From: Chrysomallon squamiferum
Lineage: Eukaryota > Animalia > Mollusca
Length of the DNA: 64,000 nucleotides
Direction of reading: 5' to 3'
NCBI GenBank assembly: GCA_012295275.1
Contig: CM022672.1
Coordinates: 6,448,001 to 6,512,000, forward strand
Part shown: piece by piece, positions 12,277-26,352 of the stretch
Layout: every line of letters starts with the position of its first letter
How positions within the stretch are numbered: the stretch's first letter is position 1
Translations under genes and position numbers: made by a program
The notes under the pieces: generated by a model
Told to the model about the DNA's origin: nothing
Databases searched by the model: none
What the model saw: the letters and a program-made list of their open reading frames with translations, nothing else

Positions 12277-15200
12277 TCAAAGTGACATTTAACATGGCCC
12301 AGCTACAATGAAAACCTTTTTAACAGATTAATTCTGTAAATGGTTGCAAAAGACTTCACACAAGAAGCCATCCTTGAATCCAAATTAATTTGCCAAATGC
12401 AGAACAACAGTTGTCAATATAACCATGTTCAATCATGTCATACACAGAAAATTAATATACAGGATTAAATGGCTGTTTCACTGTATTTCTAACTTGACAA
12501 CAACAAGAAAAACACATTTTCATTTTACAATTCAGCTAAATGATGTATCAGTTTTAAAATATATATTTTTAAATATTTGTTAATAAAGAATAATCCTTTT
12601 AATGTCACCACTGATATAAATTCTAATTCTTTTTCTGTTTCAGAACTCCTGAGAACCAGTTTGTGACAAGGATTGTTTATACCATGACCTCATCAATATT
12701 TGCTGATGTAAGATATGCCACTTATCAATCTCTTTTCAGACAAGATGGCAGAGAATGTTATTTATTTTATGTTCAGAAAATGTTCATATTGACTATTTTA
12801 ACTACTGATTTAAGAAATACATATATGCATGTCCACAAATGAGAATATACAAATTAAGAATCTGTTGGTGCTAACTGACACGTAGTCATTGTTATTTCCT
12901 TTTTTTAAATATCCTCAATATACACAAAATAAAAAATTTAAAAGGGAGTTTCACACTTAACAAATATTTAAAGAAAAATGTCATGAGGCTTCATTCTAGC
13001 TGAATGAAATATACTGGAAAAACATCTATGTCCAGCTGATATAATCTAACAATAATATAAATAAAGTGGAAAACTGTATGTAAACATGAAAATTTCAGAT
13101 GTGAACCTATTTATATACACGAAATGCAAACCTACAGCCGTGCATGGAATGGAAATCTATATGTATAGGCCAATATGAAAATTTGAAATGGAAAAAACCT
13201 ATTAGTTTACATGAAACAGAAACCTCCACCAACACATGAACTTCCATTTTATACTAATATATAGTAAAGAAACCTGCCTCAGTGAAGTATGTATGTAAAT
13301 ATGTAACCCGTATCAATACAAAAGACTTTCTAATTGGAAAATGAAACCAAGGATACTGTGTCATTTCCAGTGAGAGTAAAATCAGTGACTTGTTTTCTGT
13401 TTACAACGAGATTCTGGAGTGACAGGACATATTAATCTGCTTGTACAGTTAGTTTTGTGGCTGTCAAGATAAATATTTATGTTTGGACAAAGAATTCATA
13501 ATAATCGATCATGTTTTGATAATGTTTTGTTAATACTGTTAATGGACAAATATAGTCCACTGAAGGTCATCAACAGCAGGTTTAAATTCTTATTACTTCT
13601 GTTTCTCACAAGAGAAGAAAATCTAGCTTTGGTTTAAATATATAGTTGAAGTCTCTTAATAACTGGTACACACCACAGATATACTTTCACCACAGTAAGG
13701 ATATATTCTTCAACATGGGAGATTATCTTCCTAAGAAGAAACTAATTTTTTAATTCATGAAAAATTTTCATATTAGTAAACATTCTCAAACCTAATTTCT
13801 CTGACTTTCTAATGTACCAAGACTAAGAATGTTGTCTCTTAAAAAACCCCAGAAAACTCCCACAAAAAGGTGGAGGTTGCAGAAATTCAAACATAAAATA
13901 CTTCTTTGAGGTTTGACTCATTAACCTCATTAACCTCATAAAGTCTAACATTAACCCTTAACTCTTACTGTCAAAAAACAAACAAAAAAAAACAAACGAA
14001 AAACAAACAATCATTATGACAGAAAGTTGAGGTGGCATAAATTAAAAGACAGATACTTCAGGCTAGTTTCAAGAGAAACTGATATTAACCCCATGAAGCC
14101 TAACATTAACACTAAACTCTTGCAGTAACTCAATGCTATGTCTCGTATCAGTAAGAGATCTTGCTGCACAATGTTTGTCCACATATTACAGTAATCAAAA
14201 CGTCAATGTGTTTAGCACTGAACTCTGATTAAGTGTGATGTTTTTCTCAGCTGATCAATGGAGGTACATGCCTTGGGTCACCACACTGAGGATCACTGTA
14301 AGCTATGTCAACATGTGAGCTTGATGACAAAACCAGTTGTTCAAACAAAATAAAAACAAACATTTAAGACTGACAACTTGCTTGGATGTCCTAATAGCTT
14401 TCATCACTGTTCCTTTTTCACAAAAGGTAACATTAATTTTCATATTCTGGAGAATTATCTATCAAAACTACTGGAAATAGATGTTTGGAAAAAAAATTAA
14501 TAATAATAAAACATAAAATAAAATAAAAGAGAAAACAACAATTAAAAAAACCAATACAAAGAGAATTCAATCCAGCCAAGCATTGGAAGGAGAAATGAAA
14601 ATTTAGAAAATAATCTAGTGTAATAGAAGAGTTACAGGTATTTTTATTTATGCAGTTCAGCCCTTATTCAATTCCAGGATGTTTTTAAAAAAAAAAAACC
14701 CAACAATAAACAGAAATGAAAAGTTAAAACTATTCTAATGCAACTTTTTATTTATAATGCAGTTCAAGAATTATATTACTGTAGGATGTTTGAAAAGAAA
14801 GTAAACAACCAACAGAATACTGAAATGAAAAGTTAATATAATCAGTATTTTTTTTATTTATGCAGTTCAGCAGTGGAAGTGGATATCTGAAGAGAGAGAA
14901 CAACATGTTGGGTCATGCACAGAATTCATTAAGCACTGAACTGACAACACACAGCTATCATTCCAGAATCTAAGTTGATCCGATTCTGTAACACTTAGAA
15001 TTATCAGAAATGGGCCACAAAGGCTGCACCACAATAACAGTAATTATCACTTTAATTAGTTTCAACCAGCTGATCATGTGATACCATCTCACTCCATTAC
15101 AAAGCAAGACATGGTTAATAACTTATTTATGTTATCTCAGAGTGGTAACATAATTGGATCTCTTTGAACAGAAAATTAAATAAAGTAATAATAATTAAAA

Positions 15201-18200
15201 AAATAATTTATTAATTTTCCAGTACAGTTATTTCAGAAACTTGCATAACTAAAACAAAGACACTAATAATAACTTCTCTGTAATATTTCATAATCAAAAT
15301 TTTACTGATTGAAATTTGTTTTTCTTTTTTTTCTTTCTTAGACACTGAGACAGAATTAATAACATATCTCATTTTTTATTATTTAAAACTTATTTGTTTT
15401 ATGTGGAGACTTTTACTGAAAAGAAAAATACTATTTTTTTTTTCATTCTTATTAAACATTTATTTTCCAATACAGTTATTTCAGAAAGCTACTAAAATTA
15501 GATAAAAACACTAATTTTCCACTAGAATTACTGCAGAAAACCATATTTCGAAAACATTTTATTTTTTTATTTATCACATTTCTAATATGATTATGACAAA
15601 CACCTATGTAGAAAAAATTAACAACTTAACTTATTTTCTTTACTTTATAGGAATAACACATCAGAGTCACCTTTACTAAATGAAAATAATAATAGTAAAA
15701 AATAATAAAATAAAACCCCATCTGTTTCTATTTATTAATTTTCCGGTATAATTACTGCTGAAATCTACACAGATAGCCAAAAGCCAGTGAAGCTGATGTT
15801 GAAGTCACCGGTAGTGCTACAATAATCAATGATGCAGCTTCTTATCTACAAAAGTGACCACAGTGACGTCAGAGCACATGCTATTTGTCCATCACATCAG
15901 TGATAATGAGCTTGGAAAAAGGCTTATCCAGCTGTGAATTCTATCTCGGCAGTTAATTTAGGATACGGCAAATTTACCAGTCCTTTCATCTTACTAACTG
16001 TTTGTCCACTGTCAAGAACAGTGTCCTGTTTTGACAGAATGGTCTGTCTGAGTATCATGTTACATCTAAATAATATGGCATTTCTCTCACAGTTCGTATT
16101 GTTTCTATAGTAATAATACTACTAATAATATGTGTATGTGTAATTTTCTGACAGCTTCTGATTTGTCAATAACATATGGAGACAATTTGTAGTATCTAAA
16201 TATATTTATCCTGTCTGCTTGTTATAACTACAGGTCATATCAAGACAGATTTGATATCTAAACAATGTCATATCCAGACAGATTTTATATCTAAATAATG
16301 TCATATCCAGACAGATTTTATATCTGAATAATGTCATATCCAGATAACGTTATATTCAAATAATGTCATATCCGTAGAACTTGTTATAATTTAAAAACTG
16401 TCACACCCAAACAGTTTGTTTATCTAAATACTATATCAGACAGTTTGTTTATCTAAATACTATATCAGACAGTTTGTTATGGTCAAATAATGTCATACCA
16501 GTTTATGTCTAAGTAACACTGTGATTGTTATATCTAATAAATTAGAACTAGATGTTTTATTATGTCTAAATAACATATTGTATCAGATGGGGAAAGAAAT
16601 TTTCTTAATTTTGATACAAGACCTGAACTGTAACTGTAAATGTCATGTCTGATTAGAATTTAATGATAAATTTTTCTGAACTTATTTAGAACTGCAAAAA
16701 TGAAAATGAAATTACACATTAAAAAAAAAGTACTTAATTTTAAAATTGTATAATTTGAAGTGCTATTGCATGTCACAAACATTTGTGGATATTTTTTTTT
16801 TGTTTAATTTTTACAGAGGTGGATTGGAATGTAAAATTAACAAAAATTAAAAATAAATAGAATGCTACTCAAGAAACAGAACACTTAATTTATTTTTTGT
16901 GCAAAATATCAGAAAAACTCTCTTTCATATTGAAACCAAAAAAAAAACCCCTGCATATCTGAAACTGAAACAGCAGCGTGAAACAAATATGTTATAAATG
17001 ATGGGCTTTTTAAAATTGTAATTACTGCTCGACCTAAGCCTGAACACAGCTCTGGTAAACATGACAATTCATGCAGATATCAACAGATCAAATATTCTAT
17101 TAGTTTTAACAAAGTTATAAGACACTTGATCTAATACACCATAATAAAAAGAAAACAACAAAACATGATAAAGTTTTCGAAACATATGCTTGGAATTAAA
17201 AACCTCCTACAAAGCTTCCCTTTAGGCTGAGCTGCAAGTAGCTTTGGTGGGGTTGTTCTTGGCACCATATTAAAAGTTAACAGTTTAAAAGTCAAGTATT
17301 GTTATCTAAAATCATCAACACATGTAAAACTTTTAAGTTCAAAATTACTTAATGCAAGAACTCTCGACTGTTCTGTTAACAGCTGTGTAATGTATAATCA
17401 CGCCTTTGATTTATGTTATTTAAAAGAGCATTTCCAACAAGACAGATGTCTGTAACTGTACTTACTTGTACCAGCATACACCAGCCATTAAAATACCAAC
17501 TAGCCCAGCCACACTGCACGCAGCCACCACAACTGAAACACAGAACATAATTCTTACAAAATGGATGTTTATCTTTAACAAAAAAAAAATAATAATAATA
17601 ATAAAAAAAAATTAAAAATCTAAGATAAGATGTATGTATGTATGTATGTATGTATATATGTGTATGTGTGTCTCTACCAGATTGTTCATTAGCTACACTA
17701 TAGAGATTTTTCTAATTTCTGAAGTTAGTGTTTTGTTTCAAATGTCTCTAATTATTACATTAATTAATTAATTAATTTCGCTGGTCTATGTATTCATATC
17801 TAAATATCAGATTTAACCAGATGTAATGTGTCGACGTTTATTTGTGTAACAATAACTCAAAACATTTTCTTAAAAATGATTATTAAAGGTTATATATAAT
17901 TATAGATTTTGTATGCATAATGGACAATTTTTAATGATTAGCAGCAAGAATGTTTAATATGTGCCTTCCGATGGAAAGAAATACCTAATTCAAATTTAAA
18001 TAATTATGATTATTCAATTTATTGTTTCCATATCTTGGAATCCAGAATCAGTTTAAAATTTTGCTCTAATTTATAATTATTGCTTACCTACCAGCGAAAA
18101 TAGCATACTTAAACAATGTTTCAAACAGTAATTATTACTAAACATTAAAATTTTGTTCAAAATTGTAATTATTATTTTCGTACCTTTGCAAAGATCAAAC

Positions 18201-21200
18201 AGTAACTACTGAAAAATAGTGTCAATAAACATTCAAAATTTCTTTTTAAATGTTATTTTCATACCTACGAAAACAACATTAGATTGATCCAAAGGTGCTG
18301 TTTTTCACTATTAAACAGATACTTTTAAATTTTTTATTTCAGACCATAATTACTGAAAATAACACTCAAGATTTTAAACAGATTTTAGACACTGTTTCAA
18401 AGTAATTATCATCTACTCACCAATGAAAACAGCATTAGACCCAAAAGCGCTGTTTACACCTGAATTACCCGGATGTTTCTGCTGCACCTGGGGCTGGTTG
18501 TAGGGGCTGGAAGTAGTGGTAGCCGTTGCATTGGTTGTTTTCTGTTCACTCGTGTCAGGCGGTGGAGGATCAGGTTTTAAAGAACCAGAATTGGATGCTG
18601 CAAAATTGGGTTCCAGAACACCTTTATTTATTTCTTCATTGTCGTGAGTGATGCTGCGAATGTTTGATATCATCTTTTTATCTTCATCATCTGCAATGAG
18701 ATTCGAACAATTTTAGTTCTAAATATCAAATGAAGTCTGATGAATTTTAGTTAGATAGTATTTAACTGATCTTTATTTTCACCATCTGCAGCAAGATTTT
18801 AACGGTTTTAGTTTTAGGTAATCAAATTGTCTGACAAATTTTAATTAGAATAATTTTTGACTGATCTTCAACTCATCTTCTGCAATGAGATTTGAACAAT
18901 TTTAGTTCTAAATATCAAATGAAGTCTGACAAATTTTAGTTAGATAGTATTTAACTGATCTTTATTTTCACCATCTGCAGCAAGATTTAGGTATCAAATT
19001 GTCTGACAAATTTTAATTAAATAATTTTTAACTGATCTTCAACTCATCTTCTGCAATGAGATTTGAACAGTTTTAGCTGTAGGTATTAAACTGCCATCCA
19101 AGATTCTGTTGCATAATTTTCAATTTTTTTTTATGGATCAAAATTTAAAGCATATTTCAAGATACACATAACACAGTTTTTAACTGATTTTCATTTTCAT
19201 CTTATGTTTTCAACATTTTAAGTTTAAAACTGTCAAACAAATTTTAGTAACAAATTTTTATTTTTACAAATCTTCATCTACATTTTCGGAAAGGAAAAGA
19301 AGAAAAGAGAAAAGTATATCACATTTTCTGATAAAATATGTGTATATGAGTAAATTAATTCACCATAGTTTATTATTTGATCCTTATGTCCATTTAAAAT
19401 AAAGCAGCACAGCATATTAGTGGATTAGCATGGCAGTACAAAAGGTAATTTTAAAATACAGTTCTTTGTTTTGAGTAACAATTAGATTTCTTTATGTACA
19501 GTGTATTGTGTTAATGTATCATTTAGTTGAAAAACCTCAGTTATAAACCCACTGAACACTCTGAAGACCTTGCCAATTTTTATATTAATAACAAGACACT
19601 GAAAGCCAAGTGTGTATGGCTATGCTGAGATCATGAAATTGCAATCTTGCTGCATTGTTAATAGTAACTGCTCACTGATAGCTTTTGTTATGTTCTTCTA
19701 GAAATAGCAGTCTTTCTATAGTTATCAATAACTACCTGTATGTAGTTTTAATTTTGTCCTTCCTTTTGCTTATAGAGCAAAACAAAAATAAAACAAACAA
19801 TAAAACTCATGAAACAGCTTTGTAATGTGAGTTATTAATAGTTCTTTGTAGACAGTGTTAATTTTTATCTGTACTTTTGCATACACAGCAGAATATTTCA
19901 CAGTGTGAAAAAGGACTCTGTTCACGTTATCAACTGCTCCATTTTAATTACGCCATTGTGGCTTCTGCATATGCACAAAGTATTAAATATAATGAAAATC
20001 CATAAAAATTAATAACCAGGCTTTATTTCTCTATCTGCTTTTAGATGTTAATACAAATGAGAAATTCATTGTGTGGGTGGATGTGGAAAAAAAAAAAACT
20101 TACAAAAAAAACAAAACATACTGAAAATACTTTAGTAAATTAGTCTGAATTACAGTGTACGAGAACACGTATTTACACTGGTTGTAAAGCATTTATTTAT
20201 ACTGCAAATAGAACTGTTGTTTTTATTCTTAAATACTGTAAAATAGTAAATGTGTTACACCTTGTGACAGCACAATATACTTTAGCTCATGTTATTACGA
20301 AGAAGAAGAACAACAAAAATTGATCATACCTTGTAAACGCTTCGTCAGCAAATTTAAAATGTTTTCGTACTTGTCAATATCTTCTGAAATAAATGAAACA
20401 ATAATTAAAAAATTAAGTTACACCACACTGATAGGTTTCTATAATAATCCTGACAACTGCATTATGTAATCTAAATGTTCTAAGAAATGTACATATTATG
20501 TATAATTACTGTACTATTTAACGATATGTGTCAGTATTTCAAATGGTAGAGAAAACAGACTTTTTAACAAAAAAGTTTTAACAGAATACTGTGAATAACT
20601 GTTCAAAAAAAAAAAAAAAATGCTAAGCAATATAAAAAGTGATTTCGGGAGAATATTAAATATAATCTATAAAAGACAATGGAAATTTTGTTCTTTTTTG
20701 TTTGTTTGTTTGTTTGTTAGAACAGTAAATTAATACTTCTTGATTACTGCTCATGATTTTAACTTTCCCTGTATTTTTAGTGACTGCTCCAACTGGGTCA
20801 TGATTTGGACTTCTTTAGTGACTGCTCTAATGGTTATAATTTTGATGTCTACTGTATCTTTAATGACTGCTCTGATGGCCATGCTTTTCACTTCCCCTAC
20901 TCGAATAATGATCTTTTGGCAGTGACAGACAACATACTGAGTCATAACAAAAACACAAATGGGTGGTATGAAGTTTTCGTCAGTTCGTTGCTATGTCTGG
21001 ATATAATCTGCTTTTGATATAATCGACTTTTCCTATAGTTGGAGATAATGTATTTCTATCATATTCATAGATTAAATGTTTATTATACCCATTCCAATAG
21101 AGAAGAGTTTAAATTTTTGCATTTTGTTTGCTTTTGTATAGTGTACAAAACGCATTAGACAGGCTTCTCCAACAAAGACCATATTAGTTCAGAGTATTAG

Positions 21201-24200
21201 TATGACAACTCACATGTAGACATAAATGGAGAAATGACTGCATGTACATAGGTGATCACAGCTGGTTACTATGCTTAATGAATGATGCAAGTTAATGAAT
21301 AATAAAATAGCTTTGTTAAAATTACGGAGCAACAAAAATATAACATGAAAATATGCTAGATGTTCAGTTCTAGTAAGAAAATTTGTTAAATAATAAATGG
21401 ACTTACTGATAAGATATTACTAATAAATAAATAAATAAATAAAAAAGACAATGCTCTTGTTGATAAGATATAACTAATAATAATAAAATAAAATGCAATG
21501 AAAAGGCTGATGGACTTGCTGATAGGATTTATTTATTTATTTATTCTCTTTCTTTTTTTTTAAACATGAAAGAACTGATAACAGAAACAAGGTATGTAGA
21601 TATCTGTGTGAGTAACAGATTGCAAAAAAAAAATGTATGTTTTTACAGATACATGGGCATATATGTGTGTGTGTGTATTTTTTTTTTCTTCACAGATTTA
21701 GATCAGCGTCAATAACCAGTTGTCCACAGAATTATTTTAGGTGGTCAGTACATTAATATGATAAGGCATGAAATATTCTTGACCTTAGGATTATTTTTTT
21801 CTGTTTTCATTTATCCACTATAAAACAACAGATTGATGTTTTAAACCGCCAGTTTGGCTATCTCGTTTTCTCTTTCTCTCTGTGTTACAAATAATTAGTA
21901 ATTTACGTATTTCACTCACATACATTTAGTTTTAGAAATCACAGATTTTTAAATTTTTTATTTATTTCTTTTTCTATACTGAGGTGGGTATCAAATTAAT
22001 GACTAATTTTTTAAATTATGATTCATTTAGATGATAATACCCAGGCATCATACTGCACTAATAATTCATCAAACAATACCTCCAGAGATTATTCAACTGT
22101 ATCTTAGTGTATTGTGCCCATTATTAAAGCCGTCATTATAGGTTCATGGAAGTCAAAATCATAACACACACACACACAAACACATGCACACATGCACAGA
22201 CAGACAAACACAGAGTAGTGATTACAGGTTTTCAGAAGGATAAATGTCGTAATGAACTTGTAAAATGTCCAAAAGCAGATGAAGTTCAAAGTTCTTGCAT
22301 ATTCATAATTTCCTTAATAATCTGTTAGCTTATTCATAGCTAATATCAAGAATAATTATGAATGGTCTGTGGAACAATTTCATTTTACCAATTTGTCTCC
22401 TGACTCATAAAAGATTGAATCTGGTGACATTTGTTAGATAATGGGCTGGATGTGTAATTGTTACCAAACAAATGGTTCAGATGTACAGTTACTGCAGAAC
22501 AAATGGTTTACTTGGACAGACAAATGTTCCCAGTTGTTGTTATAAGTAGTTCTGATAATACATAGTGGTTGCACAATGAATGGACTGCATAAACACATGA
22601 TTCTTACTGAATAACACAATTTGATGAAGAGACAGTGGTTTACAGATTAGATGTTTGTATTGGCCAGACTGTAGACATATAATGAATGACTGTTAGGACA
22701 GAGAGTGGTGACAGAATAAATGCATTAGACAGCAGTTACAGACTACATGATTAGATGGGCACATTGTAGATACAGAATGACCAATTAGATATACAGGCAG
22801 TGATTACAGAATGAAAGGATTGCAAAGACGTATAACAGAATAACTGATTAGATACACAGACAGTGGTTACAGACTGAAAGGATTACAAGAAAGGTTATGG
22901 AAAGAAAGGATAACAAAGAACTGTTACAGAATGAGTGATTAGATAAACACCCCCAGTGGTTACATTATCAGTGATTATATATACAGACAGTGGTTACAGA
23001 ATTAATGAACCAGAGACAATAGTTACAGAATGAGTGGTTAGACATACAGGCAGTAGTTCCAAAACTGAATGATCAGACAGACAAATGATAGTTACAGAAT
23101 GAAAGGATTACAGACTACTGATACAGAAAGATTAGATATACAGATAGTGGTTACAAAATTTATGAGTTACACAGGTAACAGTTACAGAGTGAATGATTAG
23201 ATTAACAGACACTGGTCACACAAAATGAATAGTTTTATCTTACAGCATAAAAATAAGATCTGCTCAGGCAATTATTACAAATGATTGAAGGAGACAAATG
23301 CTTGTCAGAATAGAAAGATGTAAAAGAAAATGAGCTGTCTATTTATGTTCATGGTTTTACAGTGCTGTACAAGCCAGCAAGTATATGCATATAAATGGAT
23401 AAAAATGGAAAATAGACAAAATGAAATTAAGATAAGAATGGCAATGATACTGTAATACAATTGACATTCTTAGAGGAGTACTTAGGTCAGATACTGGGGA
23501 TGCTCTGCATATTCAGTGAAATCAAATGCAGGAGATTACTTAACATGATGAAGTAAATTGGTATATTTGTTTAACGAAACAGTAATTGGATACATTAACT
23601 GGATAAAGCTATTTTACCACCAGTGCTATCAACTGCTTCCAGTCCTGGTGTTTTAACCAATTCACAATCAGCTGTTTCTATAGATGTACTTCTGTTAGTG
23701 TGGTCATGAACATTTTATTTTTCATACTTGATTTCTTCTACCTATTATTATTAGTTAAACAAACTTTTTCATGTCTTTATTTATTTTTTATTTATTTATG
23801 TGTTTTGTAATTGTTTAATGTAACGTTTGCCTGAATTACATCTATTAATGAGTAAGGTTTAAATTAAATCTGAATATTTCTTTAAAACATGCAACTGTTA
23901 TCAGGTTCTTTTTTTATACAAAACAGATAGATATAAATTGTCTGTAAACTACATGGTAAGTAGTTTTGTTATGAAATCGCATGAAAGGACAAAAATAAAT
24001 AAATAAAAACAAAAATAATAATGAAATGTAAAAATCATACCTTCATTATTTCTCTTTACAGTTTTGTCATTTTGTGATACAAATTCAGCAGGCTCTATTT
24101 CTGAAATAAAAAAATTAAAAATATAAATACATAAAAAAAAAAAAAAATAGAATGACAGAATGAGTGCTTTTTAAACACACACACACACACACACACACAC

Positions 24201-25800
24201 ATAAAACAATGTTTCACAAATATTAACAAAAATAATATTGCTATTTATTATTATTTATTTATTTGTTTATTTTTATTTTGGCCACAATAATTTCTACCAT
24301 TTAAACCCAGATAAGATTATATTTCATATGTTAACTGTTACTGAAAGTCACCTATCATCTTTCTGTCCAGCATTAACTGATTAAGGATGGATTTCTGTGC
24401 GTGATGGATTTGTTACTGAACACCCAGTTTAATGGGGTCTTGCATTTCAAAATAAACTTCTTTTTTTCTTCTTTTTTTTTCTTGATGCTTCAGATAATGT
24501 TCAGTGTTTGCTGAATTCATGACACATTATGGATTACAATGATTTGCAAAAAAAAAAAGATTGAAAAAAAAATCTTCATGACTGTATATCAAGTTTACTA
24601 AGTCTCTCTATGTTAAAGTAAACAGTTTGTTTTGCATTCAACTAAATAATGGCTTAATACATAACAAAGGTTTTAGATTAGTAAATTTTTGAAAATGTTT
24701 TCATGCCATCTGATCTAATTTAAAGTGAAGTCAATTTGTTTTATCCAGTAATGGATTCACTGAATAAATTCGTAGAACTATTATTGGTTAACAGATTACT
24801 GGGGAGAAAAAAATCACACCATTTAATAGAAATATCAATGTTTATTCTAAATCTAGAGTAATTATTAACTCAAGAATGCAATGGAATCAAAATAGGTCTG
24901 ATGAAGATGAGATTAATGTTTATCAGCAACATGTATATAGCAAAATTAAAAACAAACAGAGAGAGGGAGAAAAAAAAAATCGCACTAGTTTTGGTTAATA
25001 TTATTTTTATTATTATTTTGAATCACCAAACTTGAAAATGCAAAATCAACACAGGTCTATTCAGACTGCTATGAGTTTCAGATGAAAGGCCTATTCGTAT
25101 AACAATATGGTCATAAATACAGTCTCAATACTTGTACTGTAATTAAAAAGCCTATTTTTAAAACATGTTGCAGATCATTAACGTATGCAGTTTTTATGTG
25201 CATTTGCATGAATATAATTGTACAAGTCTGTTATTATGTGTATATCTGAATATACAATATGAAAAATCATACTTTTACAATAACACTGTTAAAATATGAT
25301 TATCTATAAATGCGTGTGTGTTTGGATGTGAGTGTGTGCGTGCGTATATACATACATTCAAGAATATTCTTGTCTATCACAATAAAACGAACAAGGTTTT
25401 ACATCTACTCGCAATATTATACGAACACTGTATTATCAGTATATGCACAATCCATGAATAATCTTGTGTACAAATGCCTTCTGGCAATTCAATGCATGTG
25501 GAAGTTTATTAAAAAGATTATTAAAAATAATTTAAAATGTGCTTTGGAAAACACCTGTGGGCCACATGAATATTTACTAGTATGTAAACACACAGCTGAC
25601 AGAAACCTGGAGGTGATTCTTTCATACTGAAACTGTTGTGTGCTTGCCAGTAGGAAGATACTGGATGTAATATTGGTCACTTTACTGTCATTTGGACATG
25701 TTGTTTTAAATTTTCAGAGGATGATGAAAGATATTTATGTTTTTAACAAAACAAGAAGAAAAGAAAAAAAACTACAAAATAGAGAAAATACCATTAATTA

Positions 25801-25869
<69 letters not shown>

Positions 25870-26308
25870 GGAAACATGAAATCTAAACATAAATTTGAAG
25901 AAAAATAAAGCATTGTAGATAAAATAAAAAAAGATTAACACACACAGACATGATATTATTTCAGTGTTTGTTTTTTAACTTTACTTGTAAAACCATTGTT
26001 AGAAAAGAATCAATACAATTTACCAAGTTCTTTTTTTTTTTTTTTTTTTTTACCCTTTCTTTTTAACTGTTTTAAATGTCAAACAGAGTAAACTTACAAC
26101 TATTTAAGCAGAGGAAAGGAATGTAATATTTCATTTAACAAAACAGTGGTGTTCAAGTTGTTACACAATCAATACTAATTCACTTTCAAACACCAGCCAC
26201 TGGCCACATGCTATACAGAAAAAGACAAGTTCTAAACAATCAATCTCATTATACTGAATGATTTTCTTTGAAAAAAAATTGTTGATACCTTTGAACACAT
26301 TTTTTAAA

Positions 26309-26352
<44 letters not shown>

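Noticed and set aside
20740-21017. Three overlapping ORFs on both strands
   Set aside because: Produced by a degenerate ~45-bp repeat; no splice signals or homology.
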